Assembly: GCF_009914755.1 (NCBI RefSeq)
Contig: NC_060925.1
Length of the DNA: 64,000 nt
Source: the human T2T-CHM13v2.0 reference genome, Homo sapiens
Strand: one strand, 5' to 3'
This document shows positions 40,915 to 55,602 of the stretch, one piece after another (position 1 is the stretch's first letter; each line of letters opens with the position of its first letter). A model generated the notes under the pieces. That model ran no database searches and was not told the origin of the DNA. It saw only the letters and a program-made list of their open reading frames with translations. The position numbers and the translations under genes are program-made.

Positions 40915-43142
40915 CACTTTGTGCTTTTGAACTCATTTTCTCTTCCTGGATCACCCTTCCATTCCTAAACTCCTGCACGAATTCTTTCCACATTTCAATT
41001 ATTTGTCTGTGTCTTTCTCAACATTAAAATGAACCCTTTCTATTTTATGAGTTTGCAACTCTTCAGTGTGATGCCAAGTTTAATGTAAAGAAAGGTGTTA
41101 TCAATGTTCTATAGCTTAACTTAAATGCACACACCTATCTTGGGAGACTTCACTTAAGGCTTTAAAGGAGAAAATGCAAACTCCACTTACCAAAAGAATA
41201 AAACTAAGTTATTGATAAACCTCTACATAATAAACAGATATGTCAATGATATATTCTTCTGCCTACCATACCTAGGAGTCTTTCTGGGTGTGGTTGGGCC
41301 TTAGACAATTCAGGGTTACAAACTATGTGAAGAAGAATCACTGTGTGCCCAGCTTGGGGATAAAAACTACTATAAATCCCTAGTAATTTCAGCTATGGCT
41401 GTGTAATCTCAGCCTGAAATATTTAGAGAAGACGTTTGGTTGAGAAGACTTCTAGAAGTGGTTAATCAAAAGTAGTTATGGTGAGCTGTACTGGGCAACC
41501 AAGCTAAGGTACAAAGAGCTGCAGATGTGGTTGACTTATATGCCATGTCTTTCATTTCCTTTTTGATATAGCCTTTAAATGACTTATTTGCTGCACAGTG
41601 TTATTCAATGTTACTTTTTAATCTTAAATCATTTTTATCTCTTTTAATGATTGAGGCAAAGTTAAACAGCTGGAAGCTGAGGATGTGTATAATCTTGCTC
41701 TTAATTGGATGTTACAGAAGAAACCAGAATCTGAGTAGTCCTTGGTGCCAAAAGCCTAGAAGCCTCCTGTGCTAATGACTGGCTACTCAGTGTTGTAATA
41801 TGGCAAGAATTCACCAAGTGATAAGATTATTTGAAATAAAGCCACATGATCTAGGGATAAATGCCTGCTCTTTACTCCTGGTTGGTAGTGTCCTGGCTGC
41901 TTATGACTGATAGGGTTTCTCATGGTGATAGGGGAGAATGAATTGGGAGGTGGCTGTGATAGGCATTGCATTACGGAATAAGATAATTTAACCTACATAT
42001 TATCTAGTAGGACTTTGTTAATAGCCTTTCTTTGAATAGGGCTTGAAATGTCAAGTTGCCCCTTCTGATACTAGAGTACAAAAATGAAGACAGTAAAAGT
42101 ATCCTACAGTTCTGCAAATCAAACTTATCTCTATTTTTGTGCCATTTTCTGATGACCCCAAGGAGGCTTGGGTACTGGGGCAGAAACTTGGTAGTGAGAA
42201 ATATTGTAATGTTTTTATGATACGTTTAGAAAATAAAGCCAAATGTAAAACAGCTATTTCAATTGGTGCCCGTCATTTGGCACTTTGTTTCATGAGTTAT
42301 TTTTATGAAACGTTTAACAATACAGACTAATTGCTGTTTAGGTATCAAACATCATTCATTTCTATTCTTTCCTATCATTGTTATTGTTGTGTCTGGATAG
42401 GTTGAACTTGACCACTTTTATTGATGGAGCTCCTGCCCAAAAGGCCAAATTTTATTTTCTCAACATTGATTGTAGATTATAAACTCCCATAAACCTATGG
42501 TAAAAAGCCATGTTCTCTTGGTATTTGGTTTCCTCAATCATGTTTCAAGAACAAATATTGTGGTTTCTGAATAGTGAAACCAAAATGTGGGATCTGAGTG
42601 TTCCTTTTGGTGATAGTGACTCCAACATTCACTATGAGAGGTTTTATTATTCTCCGAGGAAGGACGGGGTATTATCTCCAAGGTAAATTTTGTGAGCTTT
42701 TTTAGCTTCCCAAGGTCCTGAGGGAAAGCTTAGAAGAAATCTTTTGATTCTAATTTGGATGCCTGAATCAGGAACTTTACGTTATCATGACTGATCACCA
42801 GGAGACTGATTTGAAGAGTACCTGCCAGGTCTTCTAAAGAAAAATAATAAAGGAGGAATTGAAGTGGTGGTGGTAATAGTTAGCTTCCTATGATACTAGG
42901 ATTGAGACTCCTGAGTAAAGAGGGAAGATAAATCTGTCCCCAGCTTCTGGTGGGCATGGGAAGTGTAGCAGAAACATGTCCTTAAAAAGCAAAAAACTCA
43001 CCTTTCAGAAAATACCAGCTGAAAGGTTGTTGTCCCTGCCTGAGGTAATTGATTGGTGGGTGGTAAGGAGTGCAACAAAGGGTGGTACCATTAAACGGTC
43101 TTTGTCTAGCTCTGGGAAACCCAAGTGAATTCTTCAACAGAG

Positions 43143-43523
43143 GTATAGTAGTCTGTGTGGGCTGCCATAACAAAATACCATAGCCTGAATAACTTAAACA
43201 ACAGAAGTTCATTTTCTTACAGCTCTGGATGCTAGAAATCCAAAATCAGGGTAATTTCAGGCTTGGTTTCTCCTGAGACCTCTTTTTTTGGCTTTAAGAT
43301 GGCTGCCTTCTTGCTGTGTCCTCATGTGACCTTTCCTCTGTGTACATGTGTGTCTGTCTTCCTCTTATAAGGACACCAGTTTTATTGGACTGGGGCTCTT
43401 ATGACCTCATTGAACCTTAATTACCTCTTTAAAGGCCTTGTCACCAAATACAGTCCCATTCTGAGGTACTGGAGGTTAGGACTTCAACATATGAATTTGT
43501 GGGGACGTAGTTCAGTTGATAAC
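43143..43523 (-). mobile_element. MaLR solo LTR (MLT1A/B-like)
   Basis: 'gggctgccataacaaaataccatag...aacagaagttcattttcttacagctctgga'...'ttcaacatatgaatttgtggggac..gttcag..ataaca'. Confidence 0.85.
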
Positions 43524-43919
43524 AAGAAGAGACAGTAAACTTCACTACTGGGAGGAGAAAGCAGGGAGCACACAACAAAGGAGCTGTGATTGACATGGGA
43601 GCTAATGACCACTGAAGTATAGTCATGAGATCTCAAGTGTAGGCAAAAGAACTGAAACCGGGCAGGTAGGTTAGGACCTTTATCCCAGTTTAGCTTGCTC
43701 CTGATGCAGCAGGAGAAGGGGACAGCAATAATGAGCACATGATATAAGGAGAAAAGCTAATGGAAATGAGAAACCCGTCAACGTGTCCAATTAGCCAGAG
43801 ATCTGTGGAGCGCTCAGGAAAGTATTGAGAGGTGTAAGACGTGGACACAGACATCAGAGAGCACACAGCACAATGAGAGAACATGTGAAAAGTTATTAAA
43901 TGCAGAGAAACGATCCAAA

Positions 43920-44295
43920 TAATTACCGATGTTTTGTTGAGCCCTCTTTGTGCTCAGCAGTGGGCCAGGCATGGAAGTGCGCTGGTGAGCCCACCAGACC
44001 TGGCTCCTGGCCTCTGTGGCCTCCACTCTAGGGATGGGAACGGACCTTTGTCTAACAGCCACACAGATTATTTCAAATGGTGACAAGTGCTCTGAATGCA
44101 AAGGACAGTGTGACAGAGTTGAGTGTGTCAGAGAGAATGAATTCTGATCCCTCTCAGAGGAATTCTGAGGGACTGACATGTAGGTTGAGGCCTCACAAAT
44201 AAGGAATAGTCAGTCAGGCAAGAATTGAAGGCACTCTGTTCCAGCAGACAGGGTTACATGTGCTAAAGCATTAAGTGAAAACTAGCTTTTAAATA
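43920..44295 (-). mobile_element. L2 fragment
   Basis: 'ttttgttgagccctctttgtgctcagcagtgggccaggc', then an L2-like body. Confidence 0.5.
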
Positions 44296-44569
44296 AAAGA
44301 TGAGAAAGCTTTTCTGATTATATAAATGAGACATACTTATAGAAAATGTTTTTTTACACAAGAAAGCATTTTAAAATTACCCAAAATTCTATTTTCTTGA
44401 GATAACTACTATGAGAATATATGTTGTTTTATGTGGCAATTAGCTTTAAGCCTTCTTTCCAGTTTCTTCCCATCCTTCCTGCCTCCTCCCTGTCTCCTAC
44501 TCATAAGCCAATTGTGCCTCATTTCTTACTAATATTAACCATGTGTGTATATTTCCATACTTTTCTGTT

Positions 44570-44825
44570 ATTATATATAATATAAAATATATTTATAAAT
44601 ATATAACATTTATATATAAATATTTGTCTTACATGTAATAATTTATAAATATAGAAAATTATTTTTATAAACATTCAGATATATTAAATGTATAAATATA
44701 TAATATATACATAAAATATATAATATGTATATAAACTATATATACATTATATAGTATATATTGTATATAAACTATATATACATTATATAGTATATATTGT
44801 ATATATATAGATATAGATAGATACA
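44570..44825. repeat. (TA)-rich low-complexity tract containing a 36-bp tandem duplication
   Basis: 'tgtatataaactatatatacattatatagtatatat' occurs twice in tandem at ~44726-44797. Confidence 0.85.
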
Positions 44826-44974
44826 TGCACAGATGAGTTTTTAAATATGTCATTGTTTTTAAATATGTGATTATATTATGTACCTTCTTGAGATCTTTGA
44901 CAGTTTGCTTTGGACATTCTTCCAAGTTAACTGCCACATATCTAACTCAATGACTTCTGTCCTAACTGACCCTT

Positions 44975-45072
44975 AAACACTGATTTAATTGGTTTGGGGT
45001 GGGGCCTAAGCACCTGTGGTTTTCAGAAGCTCCCCAGATGATTCTATGTGTAGCCAAAGTTGAGAACCACTA
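44975..45072. mobile_element. MER5-like hAT-Charlie fragment
   Basis: 'ggggtggggcctaagcacctg..ttttcagaagctccccagatgattct..aagttgagaaccact'. Confidence 0.7.
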
Positions 45073-45259
45073 ATCCAAATCATTCTTTTAAATAGTTGCA
45101 CCAATTCCCCTACATCCTTACCAGCAGCAAAATTTTCTACTCTTGAATATTTGTCCGTCAGATAGGTGAGAAGTGATATTACTTCTTTAATTTGCATTTC
45201 CCATACCATAAGGGAATATAAGCTGAACATTTTTCCTATTTTATTGGTCATTTTGAGGG

Positions 45260-45303
45260 GTGTGTTTGTGTGTGTGTGTGTTTGTTTGTGTGTGTGTGTG
45301 AGA
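45260..45303. repeat. Imperfect (TG)n microsatellite
   Basis: Read directly from the sequence. Confidence 0.9.
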
Positions 45304-45314
45304 GAGATTCTCCT

Positions 45315-45874
45315 TTTTTTCTTTTCTTTTTTTAATCTTTGATGTTTCTTTTTTAATAGGCCTAGCAGGAAAGTCTCATAAATATGCAGTCACTGTTCGT
45401 GACATTGACTAGTCCTTGTTTTCTCGTCATCCCCTACAATGTCAAATATACACATAAGCAGTCCAAATCTGCTAATCTCCCTTGTTAACAGCTTGTAATT
45501 TGGTACAGGTTTAATGCTAGTAAGTCATTGATTGAAGGTAGATACTCATCTCTCTTAGCAATCCCTAGGTTGGTCAATATATATATATATATATATATTT
45601 TATTATACTTTAAGTTCTGGGTTACATGTGCAGAACGTGCAGGTTTGTTACATAGGTATACACGTGTCATGGTGGTTTGCTGCACCCAACAACCTGTCAC
45701 CTACATTAGGTATTTCTGCTAATGCTATCCCTCCCTTAGTCCCCCACCCCCTGCAGGCCCTGGTGTGTGAGGTTCCCCTCCCTGTGTCCATGTGTTCTCA
45801 TTGTTCAACTCCTACTTATGAGTGAGAACATGTGGTGTTTGGTTTTCTGATCCTGTAATAGCTTGATGAAGCTG
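45315..45874 (-). mobile_element. 5'-truncated L1PA8-like element (45577-45865) with a 3'-transduced segment (~45334-45576) and poly(A) tail (45315-45333)
   Basis: L1PA8-type 3' UTR in reverse; TSD gagattctcct at 45304-14 and 45875-85 encloses the L1, the unique segment and the T-tract. Confidence 0.8.
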
Positions 45875-46319
45875 GAGATTCTCCTCTTATGATCTTTTGC
45901 CTATATTTTCTATGGGAGATTTACCCTTTTTTTCTCATTTGTGAGAACTCTTTATTGCCACATATAGTGACCCTTTTTATTTATTTACATTATGAATATT
46001 TTATCCCAAAATATTATTTATCTTTTCACTTATGTGTTATCTCTTGTTCACATAATTAGTTGTAATGTTTATATTTTCAAACATATCTATCTTTTCATGC
46101 ATAGCTTCTGGATTTCTTGATTAAGAAGTTCATCCTAATCCCTAGATTATACATAAATTATCTTACAATTTATTTCAAGATTTAAAATTTTCAAATGTAT
46201 TTTACATTAAAACTATAGTGTGAGGTAGATTTTAACTAACTTTGCTTCAAGATGGACAGCCAGTTTTTATAGCACTATCCTTTCTAGCTTGATGCTTTTG
46301 GAGAAATAATTTTTTAAAA

Positions 46320-46830
46320 AAGGTCAATAGGGCTAAAACTTTAGAGGTGTGGGGAAGATAATAGTGGGAGTTGAGAGTTGAAAGGCAGGCAGAAATCAAG
46401 TCATGAAGGGTGACGGGAGCATAGAAAAGGACTTCAGAACTTAACAGAGTAATTCCATTTAAGAGGTTTTCAGCAGGAGAATAACATGATCCAATATAAA
46501 TTTTAAGACCACTCTGATTCCAGTGTGAAAATGCTGCATAGACAGAAGTGAAGAAGTGGAGGGATACATAGAAGGCATTGCAATAGTCCAGAAAAGATAT
46601 GATGATGGCGTTGCTTTCGAGACACAATGGCAGTGGTGGTCAGGAGGAATAGATAGACTTAAGAGCTATTTTAGAGGCGGACAGGATTGAATGGAAGATC
46701 GAACGTGGGAGGCCTGAGAAGGACCCAAAGATGACTTTAATTTGGGGATAATGATGGTTTCTTGATCTTCATAAAACTGGAGGTAAAAGCAGACTTAGGG
46801 GAAAGAGCAAGAGTTTAGTACAAAAGAGAT
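46320..46830 (-). mobile_element. L2 fragment
   Basis: 'ttttcagcaggagaataacatgatc..ttttaagaccactctg', 'gcattgcaatagtccag'. Confidence 0.6.
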
Positions 46831-47433
46831 GAAAAGAATCATAAAGGAACATTGTGGAAAAGTCTATTGCAGTAAATTCGAAAGTTTATGGGAAATGGAT
46901 GATTTCTGAGTCAAATATAAACTGACAACATTGATCCTAGAAGAGATATAAAACTTAAACATATCATTAGCCATGAGGATGTTCCAAAATAGTTGAGAGT
47001 TTTGATTTAAAAAAAAAAAAGGCCAAAATGCTTTAGCAGCTGAGTTGCATCTAACCTGTAAAGAAAAGACATTTCTTAAGTTATTTACGCTATTCTGGAT
47101 GATTGAAAAGCATAGAGTAATGGCAGCATTGTTTGTTTCCAGGCAGAAACCCAGAGGCAAAGAGCATGCTGATCAGAAGCAGAGTTAAGTTATGGCACAT
47201 TCATACTATAGACTATTATATACCTATTTAAAGAATGAATTCTATCTATAGCTGTAGACATGGCTGGCTGAAGGGGTGGGAATTTCCATGCTATATTTTT
47301 AGGACGTGAGAACAGAGAGAGTATATATATAATATTATCCTATTTTTGTAAAACGAAACAACAAAAAGGAAACCTAAATGGAATGTGGTGGTGCTGAATT
47401 TTGAATTTTCAACTTATATTTTTATATCTTTGA

Positions 47434-47719
<286 letters not shown>

Positions 47720-49769
47720 AGTACTTGTTACTATGAGAGTTTTTTAATGATAAGAATAAAAAGCAATCCGTGAGGCTTTAGCCATGTTGATTTTGAGAAA
47801 TCTTCAAGATAGTTAAATAGAAATGCTGAGTGGTGAAGATGCTGTAAGGTCTGATGTTTGGAAAAGAGGTGTGGACTAGAGTCATCCAAAGGAGTCACAC
47901 ACCCAGGGCATTTGAAGTCGTGGGAGTGGATGGCACCACGAAGTGGGATGTGTAGGTGAGTGAAGTTAAACTCAGGACCAAACCAGGAACTCCAGCAGAG
48001 AAATGTTCAGTGGAGGAGGAAGAGCCAATGAAAGAGAAAGAGATGGAGCAACCAGATATGCCACGGGGAAATCAGTGTTTCTGGGACAATAGATGTTAAG
48101 TGGTCCAGGGCTAAAATGAACCTCACCTTGCTAGAAGTGGTCTCCATAGATGTCTCAGAAGGCTGTAAGAGAAATAAACACCCTCGGCCTTCATTTCCTT
48201 TCCACCACTAGAGAAAATTAGCACTTTTCATAGCTTGTTTTTAAGACAGCATGAGGGCAGTTATTTATATGTACTATTAGCTCTTAGGCTTAAACATCAT
48301 CAACTGGGAGTGGAAGAAACTGGAGCCAATCTATGGAGAAGCCAATGCCTATGGACAAGACTTTGAGAAGAGAATTTTCTAGCAGAGACATCATTGAGGA
48401 ACTGAATGGAGCAATTTGTTAGAGAGGCCTGTGTTTATTATAGACAGTACCCAGCATCCTTTACAGCAGTGATTCCTGTTAAAATGCAAGGAGAATATAC
48501 ATGTCTCTTAGACACTTGTCTTACTTTTCTCCCCTCGTTTCCCACTGCCATTAGCCTAATTCAGTGCCTAATCTGCTCACCTCTAAACCAGTCCCCTCCC
48601 TGTGGTTCCTTAGGGTCTCAACCTAATGTTATGCAGGTTGCATACAGCACAAGGATGTCTGAGTGATGGGCAAGTGGGGCTGAAATCTAACATATTCTCC
48701 CGGCCAACCCATGGGTGCTTATGTAGGCCTGTTGCTTCCTGGATAATTTTTCTCACAGGGGCGTGGCAAGCTCATGGAGCCTTGACCCTGCATGGCTAGG
48801 TTCACTCAGAGGGGTTGCTTTCACTATTGGCACAGTGATGTTGAAGTGGCTAGTAGCAGCCCTGAGTCCCATGGCAACAATGAACTAGACACAGTCTCTG
48901 CCCTCAAGATTGACAGGTTAGTAGAGATGGATAATTTCAGAGACAACTATCTTCAAAGCAAATACTTTAAAGAACGATTGCTATCATATCAATCTTCTTT
49001 CAAAATGCTCCAAAGGCTCTCTATTGCCTTCCTTAGGCTGGAATTCAGAACTTTGTGTAATCTCTCCAAGCTAATCTGGCATCCTCTACTTTGACCCCTG
49101 TCCCTGAGCAAGCCTCTATGCCTTTGCCCAGCTGTTATTTCTGGCTTAGGACACCCCTCCCACCCACCTCTCTGGGCAGTCACCTCCCCAGTGTGCACTC
49201 AGCCTTCCCGCCCATGCCTCCCTGAAGCAATTATGGCTTGGGCCAGTTGGGACTCGACCCATCATTACAAGGCTGAGGACACCCAATCTTTATGCTTTGG
49301 CCTTGACTCTCTAATTTTACCTAAAGTAGGAACCTACGGAATCAATAGTATCATTGCATTTTCGGCACCCACCACAGGACTTGTACCAAGCAGGATTGAA
49401 ATGAATTTGGTGTCTAGTCTGAAGATTCTATAAACATTTTCCAATGTACTTTCAAATATTTCTGTTAAATGCTTGCCCTTGAAATTGTGTAGCTACCTTG
49501 AAAAGATAGATGTGTAATGTAAAATGATTTATGAGTGTTCTATTACTGCCTCTGACCTACATATATTTTTCTTTTTTATTTATATATTTTCTTCCTCAGC
49601 ATGATACATCCTAATAAAGAAAGCCAACACAGAAATACATGCTTTACAATCATGCTAATAACACTTTTCTGCTTTCAGACATCAATGCATTGAGACTGGG
49701 TCTGTTTTCTAATTATGCAGACGAATGTTGACAAAACTGAAAAGCAAATAAAAAGCATCAAGAAACGAG

Positions 49770-50240
49770 TTCATTTTATTTTATTTTTAATGGCATTTGT
49801 AGCATTTATACCTTTTTCTGGTTGTAAATAGCATATGCTCATTGTAGAACATGTATCGAAACAAATTCACACACACATAGCCATAATTATTCCACCATCC
49901 AAAGATAACAATTATTGATTTCTTTGTGTTCCTCTCTGTATAAAGGTTTTTCCTCTAAAACCTTTTATAGTTTTATGTTATTCATTTAGATCTATGGGCT
50001 ATTTTGAGTTAATCTTTATTAACTTCATATAATTCTGAGGTGTGAACTCTATATTAAGGTTTATTTCTTTTCCTGTGGATGACCAATTGTTCCAACACCA
50101 CCAGCTGGAAAGGATAAGTTGCCTCCACTGAACTGTGTTTACACGTTGTCAAAGATCAAATGGCTGTATTTGTATGAGTCTATTATTGTACTTCCTCTTT
50201 TGTTTCATTGATCTCTGGGTCTATATCTTTGCTATGGGTC
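49770..50240 (-). mobile_element. Ancient L1M fragments
   Basis: 'ccaattgttccaacaccaccagctggaaagg', 'gtcaaagatcaaatggctgtatttgtatgagtctatt'. Confidence 0.6.
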
Positions 50241-50464
50241 TTTTTAAATTAAAACACAGACATATTTGTCATGTGTCATGAGCAATAGAGGCCAGGAGGA
50301 GAAAACGGTCCCATATGTGCCCAAGAATGGGCAACAATTACTTCCTCCAACCAGCTAGTCCCTGCCACCTCCTGACTCAGACAACACAGAAACTGAGGTG
50401 AACAGCTCAATAAAGTTACCACTTAGATCCATGGCATAACACATTAATAAAACCAAATGTCTGC

Positions 50465-50763
50465 TTTTTTTTTTTTTTCTTTGAGAAGGAATCTCACTCT
50501 GTTACCCAGGCTGGAATGCAGTTGCACCATCTCGGCTCATTGTAACCTCTGCCTCCTGGGTTCAAGCAATTCTGCCTGCCTCAGCCTCCCGAGCAGCTGG
50601 GATTACAGGTGCCCCCAACCATGCCCAGCTAATTTTGTGTTTTCAGTAGAGACGGGATTTCACCATGTTGGCCAGGCTGGTGTTGAACTCCTGATCTCAG
50701 ATGATCTGCCTGCCTTGGCCTCCCGAAGTGCCGGGATTACAGGCATGAACCACTGTACTCGGC
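50465..50763 (-). mobile_element. AluS
   Basis: Full reverse Alu dimer. Confidence 0.93.
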
Positions 50764-51076
50764 TTTGTCTTCTTTCTTAAATGCCTTTCTCACTGTCAGT
50801 GTTTTTCTGGTGGTGTCAACTGAAAAATATGCCAGCCTCACACAGCTCAGGGCAGAGGAAAAGGAGTTTCACATAGACTTAAGGAAAAGTTTCAGATAAA
50901 AATACAACTCTTTTTTTTTTTTAAACCAGGAAGGAAAATGTGAAAATGGAAACACCTTTTACTATTTGATTTGAAAATAAAGTGTCATCCAAGCCATAGC
51001 AGAAGCTTCATTATTTTGACAACTGGTCTCTGTTAAAAATAAGTTTCCAGGTTGCCCTCCAGCTTGCACCATTTGA

Positions 51077-51522
<446 letters not shown>

Positions 51523-52084
51523 TAGAACAGGTCATCTTTGCTGCATAGAGAGCTGGCGTTGACAGCACTGGTTATTTCTCATTCTTTCTTGTTGACCACA
51601 GGCTCTACAGTGGTAGAGTTGTTGGTGTTAAATAAACTTTTATTTTCTTCCTTCAGTCTAATATTGGGGAACTAGTCCTTTCTATATGTATTGTGATAAT
51701 AATTGCAGCTAAGAAATAATGTACTTTTAATTGAAATGGCCAGATGGAGCCATGACTTTTTCAAAGACATGGGTTTTTGGCTTCTAAGTTCTACACGGCA
51801 TGTTCTAATTATTGGGCAGTTTTTCAACATTCCTGACACCTTTCGGCTGTGAATAGTGGCTTCCTTCAAGTACACAACATCTTATCCTGTTGTTTTGCAC
51901 TTTCTGAGTTGAAATCAGCCTTTCCAAGGAAAATTTCCTTATTCCTTTTCTACTTTTGTTGTGTTCCTAAATGAACTAATGGGAGCTTACTCATTATTTA
52001 ACTTTACTTTTCTCACTTTATCTTATGCCTGCAGATGGGAGATAGAATGGGATTACATTGTAGAATAAGAAAAGGGGCCACCGT

Positions 52085-52510
52085 CATTTAGTCATTAATT
52101 CATGCATGCATTCATTCATTTATTAAGCAGCTACTATATGTCAAATACTGTTTCCAACAAGGTAAATCTTTTCCTTTAAGGAGCTTTTGGTACCACAGGA
52201 GCTAGATACAAGCAAAGTAACAAAATGCAGTATGATAAGAGCTAAAGTAGGAGTTTAGCACTGGGTGGCCTAGAAGCATCGTGTAGAGTCCCCCACCCAG
52301 TCTTGAGAATCAGAGAAGGCCCTGGAGCAGGTAGCAGCTAAGACAAATCTTGGAGAACAAATAGAAGCCCAGTGAAGGGGTGGAAGGTAAGGGGAGAGTC
52401 CAAGCAGTGAGCATTGTCGGTGCAAGGGTCCAGAGAAGATGGTGAGGGAGGGGGTCTTGCAGGGAACTGTAACTATTTTAGTATTGCAGGAGTGCAGAGT
52501 GCAGGGGTGA
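52085..52510 (-). mobile_element. L2 3' fragment
   Basis: 'cattcattcatttattaagcagctactatatgtcaaatactg' is the L2 terminus in reverse. Confidence 0.6.
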
Positions 52511-52879
52511 ATCTTGTGTGTAGTACAGTGTTGCTTAAAAAAGATAAATTAAATAAACAAATAACCCAAACAAGTTAGAATATCCCAGATAGGATATATA
52601 CTCTTGCATCCACCGCAGACCCCTATCGCTTTCCATTGTTCTACTCTATCCTGATTTATTTTATTAACCACCTGGCCTATGTAGGCATTTGTGTTTGGGA
52701 TTCCCTACCTCTGAACCCAGACCAAAGATCAAATTCAAACTATCTCAGTTACCATGTCAGGTGTGAAAGGAAAGAAGACCAGCTTTTTGATGGAACTGTG
52801 AAGACCAACCCAGTGAACAATCCTACCCACCAGGTAAGACCAGGAGAATTACTCACATACATTAAAAGAAGGATCTTTC

Positions 52880-53325
52880 ATATGGAACCAACCTAATTGT
52901 CCATCGATCAATGAGTGGATGAAGAAAATGTGGTACATATACACCATGGAATACTACTCAGCCATAAAAATAATAAAATTATGTCTTTTGCAGCAATTTA
53001 GATGGAGCTGGAGGCCACTATTTTAAGTGAAGTTACTCAGGAATGGAAAAACCAAATACCTTATCTTCTCACTTATAGCTGGGAGCTAAGCTATGGGTAT
53101 GCAAAGGCATACAAAGTGGTATAATGGACTTTGGAGACTCAGAAGGGGGACGTGGGAGGGGACTAAGGAATAAAAAACTACATATTGGGTACAATGTACA
53201 CTATGTGGGTGATGAATGCACCAAAATCTCAGACTTTAGTACTATACAATTCATCCACATAACCAGAAACCACTTGTACGTAAAAAGCTATTGAAATAAA
53301 AATTTAAAAACAAAAAACCAAACAA
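52880..53325 (+). mobile_element. 5'-truncated L1PB3/4-like 3' end
   Basis: 'gctaagctatgggtatgcaaaggcatac..aaccacttgtac..aagctattgaaataaaa'; degenerate flanking repeat ttaaaa..gatcttt. Confidence 0.8.
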
Positions 53326-53829
53326 GCCTTAAAAAATAGATCTTTTTCCTCAGGGAGTGAAATGGAGTATAAACACAAATATTTATTGAGGTCTTATCAT
53401 GTGCCAAGTACTATGCTAAATTTTTTTTTATATCAGGCCTTTCTATAAAAGAAGATAGCAATTTAAGCAGTCACAGATGCATGTATATAATTAAATTTAT
53501 AATTTGTAAGGTGATTTTACACATCTTAAAATATATTTTATTTACTAGAATGTCACTTTATAATGTGACATTCTAATAAATAATGTCATTTTGCATAATG
53601 TTTAATGCAAACAAATAAGCATTCAGTAATGTTTATTGAGGGCCAGTTGTGCGTTAGGTACTGAGGCTTCTCTGGAGATACAGAACAGACTGGCCCCTGC
53701 CTCGGGTTGTTCACTACTGTGGACTTCAGCACATCACAGACGATTATCTCTGCCTGGTATTCTGCATTGTCAGATTCAGTCTGAGTCATCTTGGGATTAC
53801 AGGAAATCTTTTAAAAAGTCAGAGTTTGT

Positions 53830-54298
<469 letters not shown>

Positions 54299-55224
54299 TT
54301 ACATTTCCGTACTTGCATTTGGTGTGAGTCATGAGAAAGGAGAATATTTATTTTCTGAGGAAGGAAGAGAACCTGAGCTAACTTTGAATTTCCTCAGTGG
54401 CCTAGCATACAAGTGCCTTAGGCTTACTGTAATTCAATCCTTTTGCGAATCCTATATCCAATTACCCAGATATCTACATCTAAAAAAAGCTTGTCTTCAT
54501 CAAACTGTCAGACAGGAGCTGTCAGAGAGTCTATTTGTGGGACTGCCCTGTATTTCAGAGCATTTGCCCATAAGGAGCTAAATCATGGAGTAGGGAATTG
54601 GGTTGTGCCCCCACAACACACCTATTCCCTGGATATGACATCCTGGTAAAATCGGACTGTGTAGCTTCCCTGAGCACATGATTATTTCTTCGTTTCCTGA
54701 TTGCTCAGTTGGCCCTGTTGGTTGCTTTCCCTGCTCACAGCCGGCAATTGTCGCTGGATCGTAGGGCAAGAGAATATTCCAGTTATAACATTTTGATCAG
54801 CTGCGGTACTGGAGCAATCAAGATAGGGCAGCCACAGGTGCAAAAATAATGAAAGTTTGTGCATCTGATGACAGGTGTCTGGGGTAACCCTCGAACATTA
54901 GGAAAGACCCCACCGGAGGAAAGGGACTCACAAGTTAATGATTACAGTGAAAGCAGAAGTAACAACAAAAATGAGCACATGAGAGAAACAGTGGGACTTT
55001 CGTAATGTTGAAAATGAGGTGGAGAGAGAATTCTAAATTGCAAGTTCAGAGAAAGAGGCTCTTGCTGTCTGTGAAAAACAAATAGTTTGGCACTACTATG
55101 ATAAGAAAAGCCCAGGGAATAAGATTCTGAAAAATTTGGGAGCACTTGATATCAAAAGAAGGAGATTTAGAATTACATATAGAAACAAATGGAAAATCAA
55201 GGCTGTTTTGAGGGGTGCTATCAG

Positions 55225-55370
55225 AGGGTCATTGGAGAGGATGTAGCTTTACAATATTTATATCAGGCTGTGCATTGGCAGGAGTTCTGTAGAAGTTGGA
55301 CTGAAAGCTGGAGGTAATGACGTGGGTGGGGCACAGAGCAGCTAGGGAGCTCTGATGCGGCTTTTGCTTG
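55225..55370 (+). promoter_or_regulatory. MAB21L3: Candidate TATA-less MAB21L3 proximal promoter
   Basis: Inverted CCAAT (ATTGG at 55231 and 55274), CRE-like TGACGT at 55318-23 abutting a KLF/SP box GGGTGGGGC at 55324-32, just upstream of the first plausible splice donor. The TSS itself cannot be read from sequence. Confidence 0.4.
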
Positions 55371-55484
55371 GGGCAGAGTATGGGAAGATATGCAAACGCT
55401 GAGGCCCCAAATAGTGCAGTGGCCTTTGTGGGCAGCACTTACAGGTGGGCTTGGAAACACTTGCCTTTGGAACATTGTTTAAAA
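55370..55484 (+). other. MAB21L3: Candidate MAB21L3 first non-coding exon (start approximate)
   Basis: Donor aaa|GTAAGT at 55485; a strong acceptor follows 118 nt later. Confidence 0.4.
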
Positions 55485-55602
55485 GTAAGTAGTGCTCCCA
55501 GAAGGGCTGTAATTTCTTTAGATTATCTGATAGCAGACTCCGTGATGTTTACCAGCTTCAAGGAGATCAGACCATTGTGAAATTTTTTTTTTTTTTCTGT
55601 AG

